Virus record (IMG/VR): IMGVR_UViG_3300021255_005861 | Coordinates: 64,001-128,000 of that record | Direction: 5' to 3' (one strand) | Length of the DNA: 64,000 nt | Origin: a virus | Lineage: Duplodnaviria > Caudoviricetes | Notes under the pieces: generated by a model | The model's input: the letters and a program-made list of their open reading frames with translations, nothing else | What the model was told of the DNA's origin: nothing | The model's database searches: none | Made by a program: the position numbers and the translations under genes | Shown: piece after piece, positions 19,885-30,170 of the stretch | Numbering within the stretch: the stretch's first letter is position 1 | Layout: each line of letters starts with the position of its first letter

Positions 19885-20649
19885 ATGGTCATATCTATAG
19901 CGATACAGGCGTATTTTGCGCAACTCCGCAAGCTGCTCACGAGGCAGGGCTTCGACGCGTCCACGAAGATAGTGTACGGGGCTGATGCCGAGGGTCCGCA
20001 GAGGCTGCTAGACCAGGACATGGCCGACAAGAAGATGCCGAAGAAGGGGGAAACGGACAGGGAGAACGTGAGGAGCGACCCGTTCACGTACCTGTTCTGG
20101 GACCGCACGTCCCCGCAGAACATCATCCGCCGCTCGATAAACCTGCAGGACGGGAACACGGGGGACACGCGGAACTTCAAGAAGACCGTGTCCATATCGT
20201 TCGCCTTGAACTGCGTGTTCGTGTCCAATAAGGCGAACTTGATAGAGGACTTCGCGGAAGCCTTCGCCGCCGAGTACCAGAACTCCCACACCGTGCCCGT
20301 GAACCTCAAGTACGGGTACGACGACCGCAGAGGGATAGCGCAGGGCGGGTACGACGCGGGCATCAACATTACCTGCATACAGGAACTGGGCAAGGAGGAA
20401 CTCGTGTCCTTCCGCATCGGGGACCTGTTCTCGTACTCGTGGAACGCCACGCTGTATTTGAACGTGGCGTCCGAGTTCGCCACCATCCCGAAGGCCCGCC
20501 TGCGGAAGGTGGTCGTAGACCTGTACAACCCGGAGGGAGTGCCGATAGCCTCCCTGGACGCAGACGGGAAGCCCGAGTGGAAGGAGGAGACCTTTGGGGA
20601 GATTACGAAGACAGTGCCCGAGCGGGCGTACGTTGAGAACAACATGTAG
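19885..20649 (+). CDS. Hypothetical, probably structural (tail/neck completion-like) protein
   Basis: Clean ORF; function guessed from size and context. Confidence 0.55.
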   Translation: MVISIAIQAYFAQLRKLLTRQGFDASTKIVYGADAEGPQRLLDQDMADKKMPKKGETDRENVRSDPFTYLFWDRTSPQNIIRRSINLQDGNTGDTRNFKKTVSISFALNCVFVSNKANLIEDFAEAFAAEYQNSHTVPVNLKYGYDDRRGIAQGGYDAGINITCIQELGKEELVSFRIGDLFSYSWNATLYLNVASEFATIPKARLRKVVVDLYNPEGVPIASLDADGKPEWKEETFGEITKTVPERAYVENNM

Positions 20650-20716
20650 CAAAATTTTAAGAAAATTATAAGAAGCAGGGCACATTGTTCTGCTTTTTAT
20701 GTATATTTATATCACA

Positions 20717-20827
20717 AAGTACCCAAGGGACTTGGGGAACGGATAAAACCGTTAAGCCTGTTGATACTGGTAAGGATACTTACCTTGAGCAGGAAATCCA
20801 CCGGTCTTTAGCCGGTGGGTAGTTCAT
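20717..20827 (+). mobile_element. Orphan IS200/IS605 right end / omegaRNA-like relic without tnpB
   Basis: GTACCCAAG..CTTGGG stem and GAAATCCACCGG-TCTTTAG-CCGGTGGGTAGTTCA end motif, matching the style of the 50245 element end. Confidence 0.65.
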
Positions 20828-20857
20828 ATTTAAGAGCAAAATAGGAGATTCTTTTTT

Positions 20858-21304
20858 ATGAAATACACAGTAGACAAGGACCTGCGCAACTTCGACTTTT
20901 GGTCGGGTGCAGTGGACAACGCCAAGGAACTCACTACCGAGGAACTCGACCAGCTCGACGGTATCCTGCCGGAATACTTCGGAGAGGAGGTAACGGACAC
21001 GGACATCAACGACATGTTCTGGTTCGAGTTCGAGACCATCGTGCACGCCCTGGGCTACGCCTACATCAACGGAAAGATTGTCCGCGACGTAGACGACATT
21101 CCCGAGGATCTCGCCAAGGATAAGCTTAAGGAGAACCTCGACGGCTTCTTCAAGTACGACGACGAGTCCCTAGAAAAGCTGTACCAGGCCTGCCTCGAGG
21201 ACGGCGACGTGTTCAAGGTCGATGCCGACAACGACGACATCGAGGTGGATTTCACGCTCGTACAGGTACTCGCCAAGGAAGCGGGACTGCCGGAAGAGGA
21301 ATAG
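20858..21304 (+). CDS. Highly acidic phage protein
   Basis: RBS AGGAG; FDFWSGA...TDTDINDMFWFE. Confidence 0.75.
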   Translation: MKYTVDKDLRNFDFWSGAVDNAKELTTEELDQLDGILPEYFGEEVTDTDINDMFWFEFETIVHALGYAYINGKIVRDVDDIPEDLAKDKLKENLDGFFKYDDESLEKLYQACLEDGDVFKVDADNDDIEVDFTLVQVLAKEAGLPEEE

Positions 21305-21310
21305 TTACCC

Positions 21311-22192
21311 ATGTCCTGGAAGGTGGCATATAAGAACCTGTATGGCGAACTGGAGAGCGAGGTGTTCGACACCCGTGACCAGGCCGACGCACGCTATGAC
21401 GAGCTGTCCCGCAGGTGTGACCTCTACTGGTCCACGCTGCGCGGTGGCGAGGACATACCCGATACCTGCGACATCGACTGGGTGGACGAGCCCGAGGAGG
21501 TGGACGAGGACGGGTCGTCCGCGTGTGCGCTGGGGGCTGTACCCACCGGGATGATAATTCCGAAGAGGAAGACTATGAAAATGAAGGAAAACGAGGAATT
21601 CTGGATTGACGTGGCGGCGCCCGAGTATAGGGGTGCGCCCGCTCCCAAATTCAACCCGAAGGCCATCAACGAGCCCCGCATCCCGGACGGAATGCGATAT
21701 AAGGAATACACGTGGTCCGAGGACGAGTTCACCGATGGTGATGTTATCTTGGACTGGGTGACACAGGAGACCTACACGCCGGAAGACCGCGAGGCCTTCA
21801 AGTCCGAGGTGAAGCGTGCACTCAAGGCGAACGGGTTCAAGGGCAAGGTTCAAGTCAATTTGAACGTCCGCGGCGAGGACGACATCGAGACGTTCTTCAT
21901 CGACATGGGCAAGAACGAGGCGTTCAACGCCAACCGCAAGGACTGGGCTAACGCCGCCAGTTATGACAGGTTCGCCCGTGGCGCCAGCGCGATGTACACG
22001 ATACTCGCCTTCGACCGCCGTATCGACGATGTGCTCGCGGACTACAACGACGCCTTGAAGTACATCCCGCACGGGGTCAACGGCGCGGTAGTGCCGTTTT
22101 TGAGCAAGTACGAGGCCGAGGACCTCTCCGAGGAACTAGCCTCCAAGGGCATCGAGCACTGCGTGTTCAAGCAGACACTGGAGATCGCGTAA
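21311..22192 (+). CDS. Multi-module hypothetical protein
   Basis: Clean ORF; possible internal start MKMKENEE. Confidence 0.6.
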   Translation: MSWKVAYKNLYGELESEVFDTRDQADARYDELSRRCDLYWSTLRGGEDIPDTCDIDWVDEPEEVDEDGSSACALGAVPTGMIIPKRKTMKMKENEEFWIDVAAPEYRGAPAPKFNPKAINEPRIPDGMRYKEYTWSEDEFTDGDVILDWVTQETYTPEDREAFKSEVKRALKANGFKGKVQVNLNVRGEDDIETFFIDMGKNEAFNANRKDWANAASYDRFARGASAMYTILAFDRRIDDVLADYNDALKYIPHGVNGAVVPFLSKYEAEDLSEELASKGIEHCVFKQTLEIA

Positions 22193-22569
22193 TGATTATC
22201 AAGGTACACGAACACAAGGTGAAGGAAGCCGCTGCACTCGTATCCTACGTCATCGTTGCGGCGTTCGGCAAGTACAAGGACAGCAACGGCAGGGAGGGGA
22301 CTCTCTACGACGCCAGCACGATCGTCACGACCCGCGAGTTCGGCACCCCGAAGGAACTCGTGGACTACATCTTCCGCAAGCTGAAGATGAACCCCAGGAA
22401 CTGCACCGTGTCCGAAAAGGATTCCTCCAGTGAGTATTGCCTGGAGATAGTCTACCGCACGAAGGTTACGGCGCAGTCCTATATTGTTTACATCCAAGGG
22501 TACGAGAAACGCGAGATACCCAAGGCTGACGTGTCCGCCGCGTTCTCCTCCGTAATAAAGGAAGGCTGA
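22192..22569 (+). CDS. Hypothetical protein with tag MIIKVHE
   Basis: TAATG coupling. Confidence 0.7.
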   Translation: MIIKVHEHKVKEAAALVSYVIVAAFGKYKDSNGREGTLYDASTIVTTREFGTPKELVDYIFRKLKMNPRNCTVSEKDSSSEYCLEIVYRTKVTAQSYIVYIQGYEKREIPKADVSAAFSSVIKEG

Positions 22570-23036
22570 TGATTATCCGCGTACACGAGAACACTTCATA
22601 TTCCCCGAGGAGCAAGAAGTTCGTCGGGCTAACGTGGTCTATGGATAACCTCTCCGTGGACGACGGCAAGGGCGGCATATTCGAGAAGGACGGCGAGCAC
22701 TACTACACGTGGGACGCCGCCGTTCGCGTGGCCAAGTCCATCCCCGGATGGCACCTGCCCACTCCCTCCGAGTTCGAGAAACTGGCGGAGTACCTCTCCT
22801 ACGAGACGGACTCCACCATGGACGAATTCAACATCGTGCTCGCTGGCGAGGGATTCCTACTCGGCAAGCCCGCTATATACGGGGAAGGCGAGGTTGCCTC
22901 GTTCTGGACATCCGAGTATCTCGTGACGGCAGACCTGCTGGACGACCCGCAGGAACTAGTGGTCGGAAAACTTAGTGATACGTACGGGGACAGCCGATAT
23001 ACGGGCTGCTCCGTACGACTTGTAAAGGAAGGCTAA
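22569..23036 (+). CDS. FISUMP domain protein with tag MIIRVHE
   Basis: TWSMDNL, YYTWDAA, GWHLPT..EF..L, FWTS, SVRLVKE; paralog of the 4252 gene. Confidence 0.8.
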   Translation: MIIRVHENTSYSPRSKKFVGLTWSMDNLSVDDGKGGIFEKDGEHYYTWDAAVRVAKSIPGWHLPTPSEFEKLAEYLSYETDSTMDEFNIVLAGEGFLLGKPAIYGEGEVASFWTSEYLVTADLLDDPQELVVGKLSDTYGDSRYTGCSVRLVKEG

Positions 23037-23041
23037 AGAAA

Positions 23042-24064
23042 ATGGTTATCGCTGAAGACTACATCCCGTTCGACGGGTTCGAGTTCATAGACGACATCTC
23101 GAAGGTGAGCGAGTCCGCCCAGTCCGAGGTGGCGAACTCCAAGGGCACGATACTTGCCATCGTCAAGGGCAAGCACTTCTGCCCCGGCGGCGTGTCCCGC
23201 AACCACCGCCTCTACACCGAGGAATTGTGGAAGTCCGTCGGCGAGAACGACGAACTGAAGCACCGCATGGACGACAACCAGATGCTCGGTCGCATCGGCC
23301 ACGAGGCCGAGATGACCGACGAGGACATCGCCGACGGCAAGTTCTCCCACTACACGAGGAACATCAACTGGGAAACCGGCGAGGCCGAGGACGTCATCCT
23401 CAACACCCCGATGGGCAACACGCTCTACACGCTCCTCCGCTCGGGCGTCAAGCTCTATGTGAGCAGCCGTGCGGACGGCGACTACAACGGCAAGGACGAG
23501 GACGGCAACGACATCCTCGACCCCGAAACGTACAAGCTGGAACGCTTCGACTTCGTGCAGGATCCGGGCTTCCTCGAGGCCAAGCCCAAGATGATAACCG
23601 AGTCCGTCAAGAAGACCGAGGCGGCGCACGAGAAGCAGGCCGAGGCACTCTTGGACGTTGCCCGCAGGCTCGGCGCCCCCGTGGAACTCGACGACAGCGA
23701 GTACATCGTGGAGAGCATGGGTGCTGGCAAGGTGTCGCTCGGGGGCATGTCCGGCACGGAGGACTGCTCGCTCAACGACTTTACCGAGGTCACGGCTGAC
23801 ATCGCCGAGTCCATCGTCAAGTACGTGGACGGCCTGCGTAGGGAACTGGACGAGAGCAAGGACACGATAAAGATGCTCCGCTTCGCCAACAGCAACGGCC
23901 TGGACGAGGACTACGTGGAACGCAAGATAGGCGAAGGGGCCACCTACGAGAGCCTCGCCCACGAGAAGCCCAAGCCGAGGCAGTTCAAGATGGTCGAGGC
24001 CAAGATGGACGAACCCGCGGACAGCGGCGACGACGTGTCCTTTCTCAATACCATATTCGGATAG
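23042..24064 (+). CDS. Prohead core protein protease (T4 gp21-like)
   Basis: SRNHRLY, LGRIGH, LNTPMG, VSSRADG, FDFVQDPGF. Confidence 0.85.
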   Translation: MVIAEDYIPFDGFEFIDDISKVSESAQSEVANSKGTILAIVKGKHFCPGGVSRNHRLYTEELWKSVGENDELKHRMDDNQMLGRIGHEAEMTDEDIADGKFSHYTRNINWETGEAEDVILNTPMGNTLYTLLRSGVKLYVSSRADGDYNGKDEDGNDILDPETYKLERFDFVQDPGFLEAKPKMITESVKKTEAAHEKQAEALLDVARRLGAPVELDDSEYIVESMGAGKVSLGGMSGTEDCSLNDFTEVTADIAESIVKYVDGLRRELDESKDTIKMLRFANSNGLDEDYVERKIGEGATYESLAHEKPKPRQFKMVEAKMDEPADSGDDVSFLNTIFG

Positions 24065-24161
24065 CCAGGGGGTCGCGTCCAATGCGCCGCACCCCGTGGA
24101 CAATATTAGAGAGACCTACGGCCTACGCCTGTAGGTTTCTTGCTGTTTTGGGGGGGGTGTC

Positions 24162-25097
24162 ATGAACTACGGCTTTGTGGACATTTACAGGGACATACCG
24201 GTAGATGTGGTATTCGAGGTGAACTCCGCAAGGAAGGGCAAGGGTAAGATACCCCTGGACCGCCTCGTGGACATGCTCAAGGTGGAGTTCAACGTAAAGG
24301 GGTCGGCCACGGTGGCGGAGATATCCGCCATGACCGGTATGCATATCGGGGATACGTGGGCCGTGTCGGACAGCGGGACGCTCCCGAGCGGACTCGCACT
24401 GACCGCAGGCGACCTGGTGCGCTGGGACGGGAGCGAGTGGAAGCTCATACTCCACATCGACTTGAGCGCCTACGCCACGAAGCAGGAACTGGACACGGAA
24501 GCGTCCGCCCGCGTGGCTGGGGACGAGGAATTGGCCGGGTACATCTCGGAGCACCTGCAGGACAAGGACAACCCCCACGAGGTCACTGCAGGACAGGTAG
24601 GGGCGTACACCAAGTCTGAAACTGACGAGGCCATAGCGGAGGCGCTTTCGGGTGAGATCGGCGGATGGCTGGGCAACCTTACCGTGGCGGAGGTGAACGC
24701 CCTCACGACGCATAGGAAGGGCGACAGCGCCACGATGCTGGACTCGGGAATAGTTATGCCTGGCAACGTGTCCGTGAGCGTCGGCGACGACATCATGTGG
24801 GTGGACTCGCTCGGCGTGTGGCAGCCGAAGATATCCGACCGCTTGCACCACGACACAACACTCGTGGGCACGGGCAGTACGAACGACCCCATCGGCGTGA
24901 ACCCGCAGGAGGTGGTCACGTCGGGCAGCATCGCCAACTTCGTGGAACAGGAAAACGACTCCTCGGACACGTTGAACATAGTGACGTCGGTGACGGCGTC
25001 GAACGGTAAACTAAAGGTAAAGAACAAGTCCGATGTCGGACTGTACTTCATCGGAAGCGCACACAGGATGGGCTTCGGAACATACTGGGAAGGTTAA
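24162..25097 (+). CDS. Tail-fibre-associated structural protein
   Basis: GDTW..GDLVRWDG, DKDNPHEVT..QVG, GGWLGNLTVAEVN modules. Confidence 0.7.
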   Translation: MNYGFVDIYRDIPVDVVFEVNSARKGKGKIPLDRLVDMLKVEFNVKGSATVAEISAMTGMHIGDTWAVSDSGTLPSGLALTAGDLVRWDGSEWKLILHIDLSAYATKQELDTEASARVAGDEELAGYISEHLQDKDNPHEVTAGQVGAYTKSETDEAIAEALSGEIGGWLGNLTVAEVNALTTHRKGDSATMLDSGIVMPGNVSVSVGDDIMWVDSLGVWQPKISDRLHHDTTLVGTGSTNDPIGVNPQEVVTSGSIANFVEQENDSSDTLNIVTSVTASNGKLKVKNKSDVGLYFIGSAHRMGFGTYWEG

Positions 25098-25099
25098 TC

Positions 25100-27787
25100 A
25101 TGGCAGATACATACAGGCCCTACGTAGCGGAACTCGCGGACAAGCGCGGATACATCCACCCGATACATGCGAAGCAACTCGCGGAGGAACGCACCGTCAC
25201 GATGACGGGTGACGTGACGGGTACGGCGAACTGGGACTTCGGGGAGCCCGCGAGCGCATCGCAGGCGTCCGAGTCCATGGCCCTCAGCATCGGCGAGCAG
25301 AAGGTCACGACGCCCAAGCTGGCCGACGGGTCGGTAACCACTCCCAAGGTGGCCGACGACGCCGTGACGCTTGCGAAGATAGACGACAACGCGATGAACG
25401 GCACGGTGCAGGACAACGACTCCAAGCTGGCGACGCACGCCGCGGTCAAGACGTACGTGGACGCGCAGATAAGCGGGCAGGGCACGTACCTCGGCAAGAA
25501 GACCGTGGCCGAGGTCAACGCGATGGTGACGGCGAACCTGCACAACGGTGACCGCGTGCAGATGGCCGACGCGGGCACCATCAACCTCGGTCCGGGTGGC
25601 GTCGGGTTCGACGTGGTGGCGGGCGAGGACCTTATCCTGTACAAGTCCGGGAGCACGGTGCAGTGGGACACGATGGACGGGGACTTCAAGACGAAGCAGA
25701 CGCCCGTGTCCGACCCCGCGGCGGACGGCACGACCATAACCGCCATCGACACGGTATCGCAGAACGCAAACGGCGAGATAACGGCAACCAAGAAGACGAT
25801 ACGTACCGGCAACGGGTCGAATATCGGCGTGGTCAAGCTGTCAGACTCCACCAGTTCCACGTCCGGCGTGAGCGGTGGCGTGGCGGCCACTCCCGCCGCT
25901 GTAAAGGCGGCCTACGACCTGGCGTCGAACAAGAAGGACAAGCAGACCGCCATCGACACGGACACGTCGTCGGGGTCGGGCAAGGGCGGGACTACGCGCA
26001 CGCTGACGCGCCTGCAGCAAGATGCGAACGGCGTCATCACGCCTACGTTCGCTGACATACCCACGGCCTCGGAGCAGACGAAGGGCCTGATGGGAACTGC
26101 CGAGTACACGAAACTGTCCGGGATAGCCGAGGGTGCTGAAGTCAACCAGAACGCCTTCGGCAACGTGAAGGTCGGGAGTGCCACTATAGCGGCTGACTCG
26201 AAGACGGACACGCTGGAGATAGCGGGCGGTACGGGTATAGACGCAGTCGGGGATACGACCAACGACAAGGTGACGCTGTCTCTGAACTCGGCAACGCAGG
26301 CGTCGCTCGGAAAGGCCGATAGTGCCGTGCAGGACGTGACCGTTGACGGGGTCAGCGTGGTCAACTCGTCCACGAAGGTAGCGGCAGTGCCGAACGCCAG
26401 CACTAGCGCGAAGGGCGCGGTGCAGTTGGCGGGTAGCATCGGGGCGACCGTAGCCTCCGAGAACAACAAGGCCGCGACGGAGAAGGCGGTAAGGGATGCC
26501 ATCAACGCTCTCGATGCCGAAGTGACAAGTAATGACGGCACGAACGTTCAGGTCAAGGTGACGGAGGCCGACGGCAAGATAAGCGCGGTCAATGTCACGA
26601 CGGACAACACCGAGAACAAAAACAACAAGGTGTCCTCGTGGCAGACGACGCCGGACAACACGCACTACCCGAGCGAGAAACTCGTCAAGGACGAGCTGGA
26701 TGCGAAGGCGGATGCGGATAGTGTTGTGGCGATTGCTGACGCATCTGTATTACGTCGCGGACAGGTCGGTCAAGGGTGGTACAAACTCGCAGAAACTACA
26801 ACTCCCCGTGCTAACTACAATATAAACTCGGTTTTTGACGTAGTTGCATCAACGTCTAATTGCGGTGAACTTCGAGGTTCTTTCGTGATGAGCGTTCGGT
26901 ACGAAGGCACCGGCGTAGTCAATGTATTTACGAAATCATTGTTCAGCGATGACTGGTCTTCTGATTATCCTATTAAGATTGTTACTACTAAAGTATCTAG
27001 CACTGTGCTTAAAGTGGAACTGTTTTTCGGTGTTAATCCGAGTAATACGACTACCGCCGTATACTCAGGAATAAGCCTCTCCGAACAAAATGCGGGAAAC
27101 TACGGCGGCGTCAATAAAAAGAATGCTTGGACTTACACGAGTTACACGGATGTTGCGGGCTCTGCCTCTCCAGAGCCCGACCCTACATCGGACAAGGAAG
27201 TCGTAGACGTTGACATTGTGGCTCGCCAGCACGCCATCGCCTCCCCGACGAACAACAACCTCGTGGCGATGGACGAGAGCGGACTAGTCAAGGACAGCGG
27301 GCTCACGAAGTCGTCCGTGGAGAGCGCCATCACGTCCGCAGGAACCGCCATACAGGGCGTGAAGGTCAACAACACCACGCTCACGCCGGACGCGAACAAG
27401 GTGGTGACGGTGCCGCTGGCCACGACGAGCGCGGACGGCGCGATGAGCGCTGCGGACAAGACGAAACTGAACAATGCCGCTACGTACACGCAGAGCAGCG
27501 GTACAGCGCCCGTCAAGGTGGACGCGTATGGCGCTTTGACTGCAGTCCCGATGGACAGCACTCCCACCGCGTCGTCTACCAACCTAATGACGAGTGGAGA
27601 CATCAAGACCGCGCTGGACGAGGCCATTGCCACTAGCCTGACCGATGTGGAATACGTGGCCGCACAGAGTGGCGGTGGCGGCAACCTCAACAAGACGAAG
27701 AACGGCACCACGACATCCGTGCTGTCCTTCATGACAACCGCCGAGGCCACCTCCCTGTGGCAGTCCGCGTGGGCTGCCGCCAACTAA
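25100..27787 (+). CDS. Long tail fibre protein
   Basis: VTTPKLAD repeats, GVVKLSDSTSS..AATPAAVKAAYD fibre repeat, A-T-S-rich. Confidence 0.85.
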   Translation: MADTYRPYVAELADKRGYIHPIHAKQLAEERTVTMTGDVTGTANWDFGEPASASQASESMALSIGEQKVTTPKLADGSVTTPKVADDAVTLAKIDDNAMNGTVQDNDSKLATHAAVKTYVDAQISGQGTYLGKKTVAEVNAMVTANLHNGDRVQMADAGTINLGPGGVGFDVVAGEDLILYKSGSTVQWDTMDGDFKTKQTPVSDPAADGTTITAIDTVSQNANGEITATKKTIRTGNGSNIGVVKLSDSTSSTSGVSGGVAATPAAVKAAYDLASNKKDKQTAIDTDTSSGSGKGGTTRTLTRLQQDANGVITPTFADIPTASEQTKGLMGTAEYTKLSGIAEGAEVNQNAFGNVKVGSATIAADSKTDTLEIAGGTGIDAVGDTTNDKVTLSLNSATQASLGKADSAVQDVTVDGVSVVNSSTKVAAVPNASTSAKGAVQLAGSIGATVASENNKAATEKAVRDAINALDAEVTSNDGTNVQVKVTEADGKISAVNVTTDNTENKNNKVSSWQTTPDNTHYPSEKLVKDELDAKADADSVVAIADASVLRRGQVGQGWYKLAETTTPRANYNINSVFDVVASTSNCGELRGSFVMSVRYEGTGVVNVFTKSLFSDDWSSDYPIKIVTTKVSSTVLKVELFFGVNPSNTTTAVYSGISLSEQNAGNYGGVNKKNAWTYTSYTDVAGSASPEPDPTSDKEVVDVDIVARQHAIASPTNNNLVAMDESGLVKDSGLTKSSVESAITSAGTAIQGVKVNNTTLTPDANKVVTVPLATTSADGAMSAADKTKLNNAATYTQSSGTAPVKVDAYGALTAVPMDSTPTASSTNLMTSGDIKTALDEAIATSLTDVEYVAAQSGGGGNLNKTKNGTTTSVLSFMTTAEATSLWQSAWAAAN

Positions 27788-27805
27788 CTATAAGGAATAA
27801 CTACT

Positions 27806-29848
27806 ATGGCTGAATCATACGACGAAAAGGGGATACTTGGAAAGGAACTTAAGTCCATCCTTACCGGAGTGGCCTCCGAGATAAAGAAGAAACTGGACAT
27901 CGACGACGTAGAGACCGTGGACGGAACAGCCACCTTCGACGCCGAGAACCACCGCCTAATCTTCAACAACATCATCTTCGACTCCATCTACCCGGTCGTA
28001 GGCAAGTACGGCCTCGCCGTGTTCCCCGAAACCACCAACGACCCCGACGCCACCGAGTCCGCGGGCGACCCCGAGTGGCTCCTGGACTGGCGCCCCTACC
28101 TCGTGGACATGTCCGCTGTCGCCGGCGAGACCGCCAAGACCCCCGTCGCCTCCCTCCAGCGCGACAACTGGCTCCGCTCCGTGGACGGCTCCTTCGCCCC
28201 CGTCTGCGGCGTCAAGTCCACCCAGGCGAACGCCCTGAACAACCTCGCCGCTTCCCTCTACTGGGACTCCGCCAAGACGAACCTCGTCACCGCCATCTGC
28301 CCCGGCGCGTACGACGCCTCGGGCAACTTCCAGGCCGAGTACTTCTGGAACTACGTCAAGGACAACCTCTCCACGGTCAACGCCAAGGCGGGCATAACCT
28401 ATTCCTGCCCGATAGAGGTCAAGCTGTACAGCGGGTTGGCTACGTACGAGTACGGGGCGTACACCGACTACCACATCCCCGCCCCGTGGGAAACGACCGA
28501 GACCAAATACTCCGTGTTCGTCGGGCGCGCCTCCGACGTGTACGTCGTGGACGGCTACTCCGAGACCACGGGCGAGCACATGCGCGGGCTCGCCGCCAAG
28601 GCCGTCCCCGTGGGCAGCGAGGGCTTCGACCCCGAGTTCTACCGCCTGCGCCGCACCGGCATCTCCCCCGGACCCTCCACCACGGTAGGGAACAAGGTGC
28701 GCAACTTCTTCTACAACTACAAGGGCGTGGACTCCAACATGGCGGGACACAACGGGACCGCCTCCACCGGCATATTCTACAACAACGGCACGTATCCCCG
28801 CACCGTAGACGCCAGCCAGTACAGCACGGCCTCGTGGTCGCGCGCGTGCAACTCCGGGGGAAGCTCCGGGAACGCCGTGCCGGTGGGCGAGATGGGCTAC
28901 CACGCCCTGAACGCCTTCCTGTGCTCCCTGGAGGCGGCGTACGGCACCCGCAACCTGTGGGATGCCAACCGCTTCAGCGAGGGCGTGAGCGCCAACTTCT
29001 CCGCCTCCGCGGCCAACGGTGGCGTCAGCGTCGACGGCACGTGGAAGAAGTGGGATACCTTCGAGTCCACGCTCGGCGTGTCCGGCAACTACTCCACGAC
29101 CATAAACAACCAGTACGCCAAGTTCCAGTGCATGGAACCCCAGATTGCCGCCTCCCTCGCCACCGAGATGGGGATTTCCGCCGGCACGTCGTTCCACTGG
29201 AACGGCGGAGACTGGCACTTCGAGGTGCCCTCGAACCTGGGCACCGTGAAGACACTGGGAGGAGGGGCGATGAACTGCCGCATGTACAAGCTCACCGACG
29301 CCAAGACGGTGAACGGCCATACGGTCAGGTGCAACCTGGTGTGCGCACTGGCCGAGGGCGTGAACCCCGTCGGCGACATCTGGTGGTACGTGGGCGGCGG
29401 TGCCGAACTAGTGTACCTCACCGACGGCACCGGGAACACCAACTACAAGGCATTCTTCTACCTGGAACCGGACCAGGCGAAGTGGGTGAATACCAGCACC
29501 ACCGAGAAGATTACCTCGGGGACATTCGCCTTCGAGTCGTCGTATAGGAAACTGCTCGACGCAAGCACCGCGGGTGGACTGGGAAACACGTACTGCCTGG
29601 CAAGGACCGGGTACACGCCCGTCAGGAGGGTGCCCGGAGGCGCGAACAACACCGGCGAATGCACCTATCAGTACAGGCAGATTGACGACGACGCCAAGGG
29701 TTCCGCGGGGATACGTTCCCGGCGCAGGATGATGTTCCGTGGCCGTGCGGCTTACTCGTTCTGCTCGCCCCGCTACCTCAACTCCGGTGGCCGCCCGTCC
29801 CTCGCCAGCGTCAACCTCGGTTGCGCTGCCCAGGTTCTCCTTGCATAG
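27806..29848 (+). CDS. DGR target protein (probable receptor-binding protein with C-terminal CLec-like variable region)
   Basis: 3' end contains the VR; located directly downstream of the tail fibre gene. Confidence 0.85.
   Translation: MAESYDEKGILGKELKSILTGVASEIKKKLDIDDVETVDGTATFDAENHRLIFNNIIFDSIYPVVGKYGLAVFPETTNDPDATESAGDPEWLLDWRPYLVDMSAVAGETAKTPVASLQRDNWLRSVDGSFAPVCGVKSTQANALNNLAASLYWDSAKTNLVTAICPGAYDASGNFQAEYFWNYVKDNLSTVNAKAGITYSCPIEVKLYSGLATYEYGAYTDYHIPAPWETTETKYSVFVGRASDVYVVDGYSETTGEHMRGLAAKAVPVGSEGFDPEFYRLRRTGISPGPSTTVGNKVRNFFYNYKGVDSNMAGHNGTASTGIFYNNGTYPRTVDASQYSTASWSRACNSGGSSGNAVPVGEMGYHALNAFLCSLEAAYGTRNLWDANRFSEGVSANFSASAANGGVSVDGTWKKWDTFESTLGVSGNYSTTINNQYAKFQCMEPQIAASLATEMGISAGTSFHWNGGDWHFEVPSNLGTVKTLGGGAMNCRMYKLTDAKTVNGHTVRCNLVCALAEGVNPVGDIWWYVGGGAELVYLTDGTGNTNYKAFFYLEPDQAKWVNTSTTEKITSGTFAFESSYRKLLDASTAGGLGNTYCLARTGYTPVRRVPGGANNTGECTYQYRQIDDDAKGSAGIRSRRRMMFRGRAAYSFCSPRYLNSGGRPSLASVNLGCAAQVLLA
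29718..29834 (+). repeat. DGR variable repeat (VR)
   Basis: 117 bp match to the TR; all 10 differences are at TR adenines. Confidence 0.95.
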
Positions 29849-29857
29849 GGGGACACC

Positions 29858-29907
29858 CGGCGCGCAGCGCCGCACGCAGTGCGGCCAACGGCACGGCGCA
29901 GCCGTGC
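29858..29907 (+). promoter_or_regulatory. DGR target-recognition hairpins (three GCA-loop stems)
   Basis: CGGCGC-GCA-GCGCCG, GCCGCAC-GCA-GTGCGGC, GCACGGC-GCA-GCCGTGC. Confidence 0.75.
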
Positions 29908-30053
29908 GTAACGTACAAACTATCAAGGAGGTGCTCCGTATAAACTAACACGGGTCGGACTGCCGACCCCGGTACGGCGGACAGGCGAGCGAACGCAGCA
30001 TCAGGACCGCGTCTACGAACCCGAACTACGCCGTAACGAACGGGACCGACGGA

Positions 30054-30170
30054 CCCGGCGCAGGATGATGTTCCGTGGCAATGCGGCTAACACGAACTGC
30101 TCGCCCCGCTACCTCAACTCCGATAACCGCCCGTCCCTCGCCAGCGTCAACCTCGGTTGCGCTGCACAGG
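30054..30170 (+). repeat. DGR template repeat (TR)
   Basis: AAT/AAC-rich copy of the VR. Confidence 0.95.
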
